Assembly (NCBI GenBank): GCA_021432655.1
Contig: MU271497.1
Location: 1-52,641, forward strand
Reading direction: 5' to 3'
Length of the DNA stretch: 52,641 bases
DNA from: Atractiella rhizophila
Lineage: Eukaryota
The stretch's first letter is position 1. Each line of letters begins with the position of its first letter. Both the position numbers and the translations under genes were made by a program. Shown piece by piece: positions 27,801 through 40,550 of the stretch. The notes under the pieces were generated by a model. That model saw only the letters and a list, made by a program, of their open reading frames with translations. It was not told the origin of the DNA and did no database searches.

Positions 27801-30294
27801 TAGCGAATTAGCAAAGGCGATGGCAGATGAAGACAACAAGATGGTGATGGAGACCTGTTTGCACGCTCTGAGTGAGCTCGCAAAAGAGGACAGTCAAGCT
27901 CTTACAAATGACAAGTATGGAATTGACTTTCAAAGGTCTTTGTGAACTGAATGAACGTCTTTGTAGGCGCATATTCGATAAGGCGATGAAGATCGCAATG
28001 TTGGATTCACCGGTCCAGGCGAAATTTGCTGCTACAATTCTTGCCATGGATCAAGCTCGAGTTACCAAGTGTGAAAATCTCGTAGAGGTATGTCAGCATT
28101 CACATCTGCCGCAAAGTCTAATGAAAAGTAGAATCTAACTGACGGCCTTGACGAGAATGGCGGACAACAACTGGTCGCTCATCTGTATGCTTTAGCACGG
28201 ATTGTCAAGCATGCTCCGAACTGTTTTGAGATCAAAAGCGACGTCATTACTACCTTCATTGTCAAAAACCTTCTCATGTCGACGTTACCGGATGAGGTAT
28301 AGCCTTTCACCATCGTTTTCCCGGTGCTAATGTGAAAACAGCCTCAGTGGGAGCTGGACTGGGTTGAAGAGAGCGAGCTTTCAGATATCGCTCGCGCACG
28401 TCTTGTTGGTCTAAAGGTCCTGATCAATCGATGTATCTCCTACGCCAACTCAGAAGACGTCGCTCAAGTGACAGCCCCCATCTTGAAGATGTTATGGTCT
28501 CTGATTGACCCGAAGTCGGCAACAACTTTGAAGGCACAACACAAGTAGGTCGCCTTTACCAGCTTCCGCAAGCTGACAATGTTTCCAGCCAAGCCATGGA
28601 ATCCCGTCTTCGACTCGAAGCAGCGAAGGGTTTACTCAAATTTGCTGCAGTTCCCGCGCTGGAACGACTTCTCATGTCGAATTTCATAAGTCTATGCATG
28701 GTGGCTCAGGTTCGTCGGGTCTCCTCTCCTGTCCCTGTGATTTAACATTAAGTTGCCGAAATAGGATAGCTGCTTTGAGCTCCGCTTCGCTTTCATTCAG
28801 AAACTAGCGAAATATTTTTCACGCCGAAGGATCACCAAGCCTCATTACAACATTATTCTGTTTTTGGTAGCCCATGATCCGGAAGAAGAGATAATCCAAT
28901 TAGTACATCAACCTCTCAATATGTTTCTATAAGCTAATGAAACTCTAGGCTCGCAATTCGATACGGGCACGCATGGCGAACATGACGTCTCGTGTCAGGG
29001 TAGAAAACTTCGAATTCATCTTCGTCCGCCTCCTTCACCTTCTCGCTCATCATCCTGACTTCACGTCCGACCCTGAAGACCTGGCGAATTTTGTAAAGTA
29101 CGCTACCTGATTTCTTTTTGACCTTGCTTAACTATCTTCGGGAAGGTATCTCGAGTTTTATATCAACACTGTTGGCAACAGCGAAAACATGTCCTTCCTC
29201 TTCCACCTCTGCTCCAAACTGAAGACGGTTGCTGACCGGGAGTCTGACGAGTATAGCGAGGTGCGGTTTTCTCTTCACTAAACGAGCTTTTAATGGATCT
29301 CTTGATATAGAATCTGTACGTCCTCGCAGAACTTGCTCAACATGTCGCGCGGATGGTAGCAAAGCAGCACAACTGGAACATGCCCTCTTTTCCCGGTTCC
29401 GTCAAGTTGCCTCCAGACATTTTCAAGCCGTTGGCGTCAAAAGAGCTTGCGCAACAGGTAACGTTTGGCTTCTGCAATCTGCTCGGCTGACCCTCTTCTA
29501 GATTGCGAAACGAACCTATTTAACGGACGAAGCAATCAAAGAAATCGGTCCTATCAACAAGCCACTGAGGGCAGAAGTCAAACCTAAGGTTCATTGTTCC
29601 GTCACCGATTAACTGTCGAATCTAACGCGCCTTGTCTTTAGAAAATGCGCACCCCCAAAGACAAGACACCGAAGGAGAAGAAGCCGAGAGAGAAGAGAGA
29701 GCGGAAGAGATCTACGAGCAAGAAACGGAAACGGGAGAGATGGTCCGACGAGGACGAGCTTGGATCACCGTCTACAAGCGAGGCAGAAGATGTCGATGAA
29801 GAGACGGTGAAGCCGCCAAAGGAGAAACCAACATCGTTGACGAGAGCACAAAGGAGTGAACGACGGGAAGCTCGGAAGGATGAGGTTTGTTTAAGCTTCA
29901 AGCAATGATGTTTGATTCAGTGTTGTGCTAGAATAAGATGGACGTGGACGAAGGAGTGAAGGATGGACGGGAATCATCTCCTCTCAGTGAAGTCGATGAG
30001 GAGGAAGAGCCAGCCAGCAAGAAGCGCCGGACGAGTAAGACCACCTCGTCGACAGAGAAGAAGGCTAAGGTGTCAGATGCGGGTGCAAGGAAGAGGCCAA
30101 AAACTCTAGCCACGCCAGTTACCTCGGAGGGGGAAGAAGAGGAGAACTCGAGTCGAAGCAAATCTACTAGAAAGAAGGCAAACGGAAAGGACGCTGAGAA
30201 TGAAGAAAGTACAAAGAAGCGGCGAAAGCCGACACGAGCTGTACAGACGATAAAGAAAGCTGCCAGCAGTGATGGTGACATGGAGGAGGACTAA
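24878..30294 (+). CDS. PDS5: Sister chromatid cohesion protein PDS5 (HEAT repeats), about 20 or more exons
   Basis: Motifs LLKRLKALHSEL, LLLHRDRGVKAYTADCLADILRLYAPDAPYS, LLLNVLPQLESE, KLMDPEERVR, LAERCRDKK, RLLHLLAHHPDF, NLYVLAELAQ; long charged C-terminal tail ending at 30294. Confidence 0.93.
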
Positions 30295-30509
30295 GAAATG
30301 GCCGCTCTTCTTGTTTAATCCCACCCACAACATGGGCTTCGTGCTTACTTCGTCTTTCAGCAGCAATTACCATTCGTGCTTCGTCATCCGTGAGATGTTG
30401 TTCAAGTTCATTATGTTGTTATCTAATAAAATGTGGTACTCGAAGACTACCAATGCGCACGACATAATCAAATAAATCCTACAAGCCTCCTTTACCCCTC
30501 GATCCAATA

Positions 30510-32914
30510 TCATACCAAAACTCTGACAGCCAACAGGCTGGCAATAACAAGGACGACCGCCCATACTGCGTACCCACTCCCTCCTTCTCGAAACCGTTCC
30601 AGATTTGCTTCTCGTTCACGATCCCGTCGCGTTCGTGGTGCTTCACGCGGTGGTGCTGGAAGCGGAAGGCCCGAGGGGTCGTTGCGAAAGCCGGTAGTGG
30701 TGGTGGTTGTGGGAGGTGCGGGAGCGGGAGGATCACCCATGTTGGGTAGGTCGACAGGTTCTGGTGTGGCGTACTCTGGGAACATTGCCACGAATTTTGG
30801 GTGGGCTCTGAGGTGAACAGGTCAGATGGTGTTCGTTGGACAGAATGTGAAAGGGATTCAATCAAAGAGGAGAGTTGTCAGAGACTGTTATACTGTAGAA
30901 TAGTGGAACTTGTCTTAGCAACAGACTTGCGACATTGTTGCCAACATGGTTATGAACCATGAAAACAAACAGGAGACGGCAACATAGCAATGCAATTTAT
31001 TATTGCCCGTAATTCTTATGGAGAAGAAGTATGGAGGAAAGAGGAAGGGCAATTTGAATGGGCAGCATGGATCGTTGGCATCCAACACTTGAGAGTAATC
31101 TCATGAGGTGGATTCTGAAAAGATGGCCCTCCTCGCCAACGCGCTCCAACCATACTGACCCTACGTCACTTGGTACACAAGGAAGCCAACAGAGGCGTTT
31201 TGACTGGAACAGCAAGCAGGAAAGCAGAGAGAGAAAGGCCGACGGTTGCAATATTGTATAGAAGGCAACACGACTTCCCAGTAGAGTGAAGAGCCAATAT
31301 CGGGCTATTCTTTCTCCGTGCCGTGCGAGTCTTCCCTCCGCAATATTCCCGACCCAAATAACAGAGGAAGAAAGAAATACTCACAAATTCCAAGCATGAC
31401 TTCGAGCAGCTAGAATCCTCCTATCCGCATCACTAGTCTTGACTGAACCCGTGGTCATTTCCTCACTTAGCATGAAGCTGAGCAGTCCCGTCAATCTATC
31501 CACCATCAACGATCAATTGAATGAGAATGGCACAAGTCATATTGACGACATCGTTGAAATGAAAGGACTGAGGTAGACATACATGGTAGCGACGCTCCAA
31601 GCTGGATTCCAAGTGCCGGGATGATAGTCGCTCATGCTCGTGCATATCTTCTTGTCGCAAGCGAACCTCCCGGAAGGCGTGAACATCTTTATGCCTGGAG
31701 GCTTGAACGGATAAATTTTGGGTGGGCTCTGAGGTGAACAGGTCAGATGGTGTTCGTTGGACAGAATGTGAAAGGGATTCAATCAAAGAGTAGAGTTGTC
31801 AGAGACTGTAATGCTATAGAAATAGTGGAACTTGATGGTGGTAAACTGAATTGTGGCATTGTTGCCAAACATGGTTATGAACTATGAAAAGAAACAGGAA
31901 TCGGCAACATGGCAATTTTTATTATTTGCTCGTAACTCTCATAGAAAAGTATGGAGAAAAGAGGAACGCCAGGAAGACCGATTTTGAATGGGTTGCATGG
32001 ATCGTTGTTGGGATCCAACGCTTGAGAGGAATCTCAGACAAGTTACGTTTCAACATGATGAGGTGGCTTCTGAGCATGGCCACCCTCATCACCGCGCTCT
32101 GACTCTACGTCATTTGGTCCAGAGGACGTGAGCAGACGCGTTTGGACTAGAACAGGGGGCAGGAAACGGAGAGTACGCTTGCAATCTTGTATAGAAGGCA
32201 ACGCGACTTCCCAGTAGAGCGAAGAGCCAATATTGGGCCATTCTTTCTCTGCGCCATGTGAGCCTTCCCTTTGCAATATTCCCGACCCAAATATAACAGA
32301 GGAAGAAAGGAACACTCACAAATTCCAAGCATGACTTCGAGCAGCTAGAATCCTCCTATCCGCATCACTAGTCTTGACTGAACCCGTGGTCATTTCCTCA
32401 CTTAGCATGAAGCTGAGCAGTCCCGTCAATCTATCCACCATCAACGATCAATTGAATGAGAATGGCACAAGTCATATTGACGACATCGTTGAAATGAAAG
32501 GACTGAGGTAGACATACATGGTAGCGACGCTCCAAGCTGGATTCCAAGTGCCGGGATGATAGTCACTCATGCTCGTGCATATCTTCTTGTCGCAAGCGAA
32601 CCTCCCGGAAGGCGTGAACATCTTTATGCCTGGAGGCTTGAACGGATACTCCGGTGGAAAGATGAGAATGCCATAGTACTCGCCGCCCTCGTAGGCGGAT
32701 GGTGGACCGCGGAGGAGGTAGTGCCACTCGAGGATGCTGGATTCAGATCATCATGATCAGCGTCTTCTTCTTGTCTTCCCCTTGCCGGGGCAGCCAGAGG
32801 AACTACAAGGACTCACTTGGATTCGTCTGGCCGTGCGAAGACGTAAGGAGGCGAAGAGGACTGCATAGCGGCGTACTCCTTCTGCAGGCGCCGGGTGGCT
32901 TGCTTGGTGGCCAT
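30510..32914 (-). CDS. UBC6: Ubiquitin-conjugating enzyme E2 J2 / Ubc6 (tail-anchored), interrupted by an internal tandem duplication
   Basis: MATKQATRRLQKEY, ILEWHYLLRGPP..YEGGEYYG.LIFPPEYPFKPPGIKMFTPSGRF, ICTSMSDYHPGTWNPAWSVAT (catalytic Cys), LTGLLSFM, final exon ending in the TM anchor YAVWAVVLVIASLLAVRVLV*. Confidence 0.92.
30793..32648. repeat. Tandem direct duplication of ~0.93 kb inside UBC6 (units 30793-31713 and 31714-32648)
   Basis: Exonic blocks 31381-31713 and 32316-32648 are essentially identical; junction GAACGGATA|AATTTTGGGTGGG at 31713/31714. Confidence 0.92.
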
Positions 32915-34049
32915 CTTTCTGCTTGCCTAGACACTTGTCGTGATATTGTGCTGAATAGAGGAAGTATTAAGGATTGTAGAAGCGCTAGGACAGGTTAGCT
33001 GAGATGCTGCAGGGTATTCTGATAACTGTAACTGGTGTTTGGTTGGTGGCAAATGTTGTGTCATTGTGTCATTGCTTCAACAAGGTTCCGCCACTTCATT
33101 TCACATTACACGTTCCTGTAGGCGTTGAACAATGCCTCAAAAAATTTACAATGGTTAAGTTCGATTTGGCTAATTTCCATCTTGAAAACAAGCCCGCAGC
33201 GCCTTCTCCGTTTTATCTCTACAGTAGGGGACGAAACACTTCTAATCCGATGTATGTGGACACTTTCAAGTGCTGAGTTCCCGCCTAAGGAACCTGCCCT
33301 CAATACGTCAGAATAGAGAGAATTTTGCGCGCAACGCCGGTAAACTCGATCTTGATTGTCCTGAGTGAGTGCTGGGAAGTTGTAGCTGGCTTAGGTATCG
33401 CAACCAAGGAATGCTCACTTGAAGCCGTTCACGTGTTAACTCGACGTGAGCAGGTAACGGAGAACTGATATACTTAGAAGCTGAACATCAATTCAAAGTC
33501 ACTGTCAGTCTCCTTTTGGTCGACATTAAGCAGAAGCACTGACTGTTGCTAATTCTGTAATGACTTGGTGCTGGTCGGAATCTGACCACCATGCTATCGT
33601 AACATGAACGAGTTGATGACTGATACAACTACTAGTAGGAGCCGGTCATGCAGACTAATGGAGCATCAGTAGCAACGCAGTCGCGCAGTCTCACGACAAT
33701 AGAACAAAAGGTCACTTCAGTTCATGATATGGTTGGGCGTCAAACGTAAATTTCACACTTAAATACCTATTCAATGTAGATGGAGAAGTACCGATTACGA
33801 GGTAATGGACTAAGTAATTGCCAACGATTGTGCCACTGTAACTGCCTGCTCCTTCTGCGCACGTAATAACGAGAAAAACGAACACGGTCTACCCAGATAA
33901 GAAAGAAGATGCAAAATTAAGCCATGTGAGGGATCGTTGATCGAGAGGCTCCTTTTGCGCTTTTGGTTGATACAATCGATTCGGAATCTCCCAGGGCGAC
34001 TTCGTATTTGATGGAACGAGGAGAATCCTGCACACGTGTCGAACGTCAA

Positions 34050-35609
34050 TCAACAATCCAAAGAAGCGACAAAATGGTGCAAGTCTTGACGAGGATTAAG
34101 CGGGAAATTTACCTTTTCCAAGTCGCCTTCCACCTTTACGATCGTTTCGTTCTGAACGATCACTCCTTGAGTCTCCAATTGAGTCTCAACAGGTCCCTTG
34201 GACCTATTCCACCGCATCCCGCTCATAGCGAAAGTGTGGTGTTTCGCCGAATTCTCTGGTGACTTATTCTTGAGTGAATCCCTCAAGATGAGGTTGAAGA
34301 GGAAGGTGATCGTGTAGAGCCTTCCCAGATTTTGTCCCAACGAGGTCGCGATGTTCGCTTCAGGATTTTGGACGAAAGTGATCAGCTGTTACCATTTAGT
34401 TGGATTTTATTAGATGTTGGTGACAATCGCGCCAAAGGGAGGGTGGAGTGAGATACTCACAGCGGAAAGTGCCACGGCGGCCGTTAAGGAACCCGTTTCT
34501 ACAGCTGGAACGATAAGGCGCACAATCAGTGAGCGAGTGGCATCAAAAGCCGCCCTGGGAACAAGACGTTGGTTAGATATTCTGGTCTAGAATAAGAGAG
34601 AGGCGGTTACTTTTGTCGGTAGCGGATGAGATGGAAGACCAAAGCAGCTGTGGACCTTTTCAAATACTTTCCCAAGAAGGAAATAATGACATACAGGTAA
34701 TGGACACCTATTTGCCCCTATGAGTTACGGTGGAGGAGAGAAAGGTGGGGAAGACTCACATCCGTTGCTGCCTTGGTGGCGAACCAAACGATGACCACCA
34801 CCAAAATATGGTCTCTGTCGTGGTAAGCTGGGTACTGAAGCACACCGATGGCGACGCCGAGGCAGGCGCCACAGCCTGCCAGGGCCATGGCTACCAGGAT
34901 AAAGAATACGGGATACACCTTCGATAGTCGGCTATTCCCACATGTCAGAAAAAAATGGCCGCAGTGTGATCAGCATCTCTTCGATGGAAGGCTTACAAGT
35001 ATCTGTGAGACAAGAACACCTGGACTATCACGGTTGTTATGGCTGTCAAGACTGAGCGTAGACGTGAGCGAAGAATCGAAGAGTGACGAGAGATAGGGAA
35101 GGAAAGAACGTACTCAGGTATGCAGGTATGTGCCAGTGTTGGACGCTGAGGTATTCAATCTGTCCCCAATGTTCGATAGCATACTATCACGGTTTGAGTT
35201 TGAGTTTGAGTTTTGGTTTAAAAGTAAGAGGAAGAGGAGGAGTCGTACGCCGTAAACAGAGACCATGTTAATGATCGTGCAGGCAAAGTCCGATATCGAA
35301 CACTGAGACTCAGTTCAAGCCTTGAAGAGCACGATCTAGGGAAGGTACGGACGACGACGATGGATGCACGGATGAGCAGGTTGTCCTTCGTACCAAAGAT
35401 GCATGCGTATTGATAGAGTAAGACGATCTCGATTGCCCACAGTGCACCTGGACACGAGGACCTCAGCTTGAGCTGAACATAACGTTAAGAGGGTGAACGA
35501 ACTATTAGTCCAGGTGCCAATCAGGAGAGCTCCTGCAAGGTCTTTCATCAATATTCGATCACTGTATCTGAGGAAACTGCGTACCAACGGTATCAGCAAC
35601 AACAGCCAT
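34050..35609 (-). CDS. DUF6534-type multi-pass membrane protein
   Basis: MAVVADTV|DLAGALLIGTWTN start, several TM segments, VWFATKAATD, TRSLIVRLIVPAVETGSLTA and LGRLYTITFLFNL, typical of this basidiomycete family. Confidence 0.78.
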
Positions 35610-38252
35610 TTTTCAACTCTTCTCTCTATGTAACTCGTAAAAGCAAGTTGAAGGAGTGGGAGTTGCTCCATAACCTCATCAGCAGCAGCTCTCTTATCCC
35701 TCCCGTCCATGACTGGAGTCGCCTACGATCATCTGCAGGACCCAAATATTGGAGCAGACAACGGTCTGGTCCCGACTTCCGCACCCCCGAAGGTTAGAAG
35801 CAGACTGAGAAAAAGAGCTCTCTAGATACCAGGAGCAATTCAAGGGGGGGCGATCCGAATGAGAGTTGGAAGAGGCGGAGTTTGAACGCTGACATTAAAG
35901 AGAACTTGAACACTTCTTGCATTTTGTGGCGTCCACAGAGAAGTAAACTAGGCTTCAGGCTAGGTTAAGCTAGAGCAGAGATGGGGTTCACTCGAGGTTA
36001 GAGATCCCTCTCGGGTTTGAGATTCCTCTCGGATTTTGCCTCCAACTGGATAGATCGGTCTCTGTGGCGTCCATGTCTCCACAGATCCATAAATCAGTTC
36101 GGGTCAAGGTTGGTTAGAACCAGAATCCACTTCGAAGTATTCAATTAAAAAGAGGACACGATTGACTTTGCTCCTCATTCTGTTCTCTCTGAAACAGACT
36201 ATCATAGCTGAAGGACGGCCGGGGTGCTTCTTCTAGCCGATGCCTAGGTCTGATCCTCGACATGTGCTCCTTGCGAGGGAAGAAACCCACTGATATCTAA
36301 CTCGCCTTGGGAATTGAATCCCTGAGCTTTCCCCACCTTGAGACAAGTTGAGAAGTTGGATGGTTCTCATCGTCTCCCTAAATCCATACAGGATTGTACC
36401 AACGTCTTTCCGGACCGAAGTATCAGACGGGGTATGGGACAGAAGTTGGAGTAGTGAGGGTCGACCCAGAAGAGTCTGGCTGGAATTGATATTCTGGCAG
36501 GAGAAAGACTCACATCCGTTGCCGCCTTGGTGGCGAACCAAACGATGACCACCACCAAAATATGGTCTCTGTCGTGATAAGCTGGGTACTGAAGCACACC
36601 GATGGCAACGCCAAGGCAGGCTCCACAGCCTGCCAGGGCCATGGCTACCAGGATAAAGAATACGGGATACACCTTCGATAGTCGGCTATTCTCACATTGT
36701 CAGAAAAAAATGGCCGTAGTGTGATCAACATCTCTTCGATGGAAGGCTTACAAGTATCTGTGAGACAAGAACACCTGGACTATCACGGTTGTTATGGCTG
36801 TCAAGACTGAGCGTAGACGTGAGCGAAGAATCGAAGAGTGACGAGAGATGGAGAGAAGAAAGAACGTACTTAGGTATGCAGGTATGTGCCAGTGTTGGAC
36901 GCTGAGGTATTCAATCTGTCCCCAATGTTCGATAGCATACTATCATGGCTTGAGTTTGAGTTTTGGTTTTAAAGGTAAGAGGAAGAGGAGGACTCGTACG
37001 CCGTAAACAGAGACCATGTTGATGATCGTGCAGGCAAAATCCGATATCGAACACTGAGACTCTGTTCAAGCTTTGGAGAGCACTATCGAGGAAAGATACG
37101 GACGACGACGATGGATGCACGGATGAGCAGGTTGTCCTTCGTACCAAAGATGCATGCGTATTGATAGAGCAAGACCATCTCGATTGCCCACAGCGCACCT
37201 GGACACGAGGACCTCAGCTTGAGCTGAACATAACGTTAAGAGGGTGAACGAACTATTAGTCCAGGTGCCAATCAGGAGAGCTCCTGCAAGGTCTTTCATC
37301 AATATTCGATCACTGTACCTGAGGAAACTGCGTACCAACGGTATCAGCAACAACAGCCATTTTTCAACTCTTCTCTCTATGTAACTCGTAAAAGCAAGTT
37401 GAAGGAGTGGGAGTTGCTCCATAACTCATCAGCAGCAGCTCTCTTATCCCTCCCGTCCATGACTGGAGTCGCCTACGATCATCTGCAGGACCCAAATATT
37501 GGAGCAGACAACGGTCTGGTCCCGACTTCCGCACCCCCGCAGGTTAGAAGCAGACTGAGAAAAGGAGCTCTCTAGATACCAGGAGCAATTCAAGGGCGGG
37601 CGATCCGAATGAGAGTTGGAAGAGGCGGAGTTTGAACGCTGACATTAAAGAGAACTTGAACACTTCTTGCATTTTGTGGCGTCCACAGAGAAGTAACTAG
37701 GCTTCAGGCTAGGTTAAGCTAGAGCAGAGATGGGGTTCCCTCCAGGTTAGAGATCCCTCTCGGGTTTGAGATTCCTCTCGGATTTTGCCTCCAACTGGAT
37801 AGATCGGTCTCTGTGGCGTCCATGTCTCCACAGGTCCATAAATCAGTTCGGGTCAAGGTTGGTTAGAACCAGAATCCACCTCGAAGTATTCAATTAAAAA
37901 GAGGACATGATTGACTTTACTCCTCATTCTATTCTCTCTGAAACAGACTAGCTGCTGAAGGACGGCCGGGGTGCTTCTTCTAGGCGATGCCTAGGTCTCA
38001 TCCTCGACATGTGCTCACGAAGAAAGAAACCCACAGATATCTAACTCGCCCTGGGAATTGGATCCCTGAGCTTTCCCCGCCTTCAGACAACTTGAGAAGT
38101 TGGATGGTTCTCATCGTCTCCCTAAATCCATACAGGATTGTACCAACATCTTTCCGGACCGAAGTACCAGACAGGGTATGGGACGGAGAAGTTGGAGTTG
38201 TGAGGGGATCGACCCAGAAGGGTCTGGCTGGAATTGATATTCTGGCAGGAGA
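34752..38252. repeat. Tandem direct duplication of ~1.75 kb (about 34752-36503 and 36504-38252)
   Basis: Near-identical blocks with scattered SNPs and indels; junction ...CTGGCAGGAGA|AAGACTCACATCC at ~36503. Confidence 0.93.
36504..37360 (-). pseudogene. 3'-truncated duplicate of the DUF6534-type gene (5' exons only)
   Basis: Same exons as 34752-35609 up to ...WFATKAATD|gtgagt, then runs into upstream DNA of copy A; the C-terminal exons are missing. Confidence 0.75.
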
Positions 38253-38434
38253 GATGCTCGGGACGATATTAATGGCAACTTCATGAAATCAACATGAAGT
38301 TATCTCGGCATCTCCGCTCCACTTGGTAGTTTGAAAAGACTAACCGACACTCAAGGGATGAACCTTTTCCCTACCCCACTACCTGGCTCCAGCTCCACTA
38401 AACTGCACCAGCATAACTATCTAATCAAGCGAAT

Positions 38435-40550
38435 ATGTCCATCCCCTCCGCTCGTGCACGTGTTGGTCGTCTCCTGTCCCTGTCATCCGCCAAGAATGCA
38501 GGCTGTCCCTGCCACGGTCACGCCGGCCATTCGCACTCGCATTTACCGGTGCCAGGGATGTTGCAAGTAGGAAGGAGGGAAGGGAGCACGAAGGAGGCTG
38601 CGAAGGAATACGCTTTTGAAGTCTCTGCCAGCAATTTGAGGTTTGGAGACGGTGTGTCTCAGGTAGGTTTCTCCTTTGCTTCCTTGCTTCTCTCTTCCGG
38701 TTTATTTCTTTTTCGTATTTTTTGGCCCTTGTCAATGTATTCGTGATACTAGTTATCCCATCACTTATAATAGGTACAAAACAATTGTTGTCTCTGTATG
38801 ATACTAGTGCCTGCCTCCATCTCTCTGATTTGGCTGAAGTAATGAGGGTTGTGACCTTGCTATTTTACGAATAGGAAGCAGGCTGGGACTTTCGAAACTT
38901 GGGTTCGAAGCAGGTTGCAGTCTTTACCGACACAACGTATGCTTTCTTCTACCGTCATCATTCTCCTGCCTCCCATTTCAATATTGGTTCTGACGCCTGG
39001 CTTGATGCATCAAACAGGGTCTCCCGCGTCGTTCCCGGGTTCAAGTTGGCCTTGGAAAGCTTGGATAAGCAGGGAATCAGCTATAAGGTCTATGACCAGG
39101 TCAAGGTCGAGCCGAGTTTGGAGTCGTGCGTCTTCTTCCCATTCCTTCTTCCCACTTAATTGATATCCTGTTAACGAAAAGTTGGACTCGCGCCATCGAT
39201 TGGGTACGCGGAGAGAGGGTGGACGCATTCCTCGCGATAGGAGGAGGGAGCGTTATGGATACCTGCAAGGTACTTCAATCCACTCACAACAGATTGACTG
39301 CTGGTTGACAAATTTGAGATGCGCAGGTCGCCAATTTGTTCTCTGTGTATCCCGAGCCTGAGTTCGGCTTGCTTGACTTCGTCAACCGTCCCGTGGGAAA
39401 GGGGAGAGTCAGTACGTCTCCATCCCTCTGCCTCTGGTTTTCCTCCGTCATGGCTGACGACGCTTCGATGGAATAGTCGACCGCAAACTCCGCCCACTCA
39501 TCGCCATCCCGACGACAGCAGGCACAGGTAGCGAGACGACGGGTACTGCGATATACGACCACACGCCACTGAACGCAAAGACGGGTATCGCCTCTCGAGC
39601 CATGCGTCCTTTGCTTGGGATCGTGGACCCTCTGAATCTGACGACATGTCCGAAGGAGGTTCAGATCTCGGCTGGCTTGGATGTACTCTTCCATTCCTTG
39701 GAGAGCTATACTACCGTTCCGTATACGGAGAGGAAGGGAGGTAGAGCTGCGTCTGGAAACCCGGCAGAAAGGCCGGCTTATCAGGGTAGCAATCCAGTCA
39801 GTGACGTGTTTGCGGAGTGGAGTTTAAGGACGACGGTGGCCAATTTGATTCGGTTCGTCTTCGCATGTCCTTTCCATAGCCGTCTTTGCTGATGTGATAG
39901 CGGTGGTGTTTCATGATGGGCAGGATAGCGAGGGATCCTGAGGATAGAGAAGCTCAAAGGTCGATGCTCCTCGCTTCCAGTTTCGCTGGTATCGGTTTCG
40001 GAAACGCAGGGCTTCACCTCCCTCATGCTTTCAGCTATGCCGTTTCGGGGCTGAACAAGAAGTTGATACAGTATCAGGTTCGCTGCTCTGCTCTTTATTT
40101 GAACTAAAAGAGCTGATGTCGACGACATGGGAACAGCAACCAGGCTACGAGGTCACAACGCCGCTCGTTCCCCACGGAATCTCTGTCGCCATCACCGGCC
40201 CTTCCGTCTTCAAGTACACCGCTCCCTCCTCTCCCGACCGTCATCGTCTCGCCGCCGAAATCTTCAACTCTTTCGAGCCGGACAACGTGAATCTCTCACG
40301 CCTTCCGGACTCTGACCTCGGTCCACTGCTTAAGGACCGTATCGCAAGATACCTCGTCGGACTTGGGATCCCAAGAGGTATCAGTGCGCTAGGCTACAAA
40401 AAGGAGCATATACCCCAATTGGTCGAGGCCACCCTCCCGCAGAGGAGAGTGCTCGACTTGGCACCTGTTTGGGCGAAGAAGGCAGATGAACATGAGGAAC
40501 AGGCTAAATGGGATTTGGAGGACATTTTGGAAGGTGCATTGAAGTGGTAA
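38435..40550 (+). CDS. Hydroxyacid-oxoacid transhydrogenase (HOT/ADHFE1 family, Fe-ADH fold), mitochondrial-type
   Basis: GCPCHGH N-terminus, [97 protein letters not shown]. Confidence 0.92.

Noticed and set aside
37980..38290. Possible decayed coding remnant (also 36230-36500)
   Set aside because: No long frame with a credible start (several contain internal stops) and no recognisable family.
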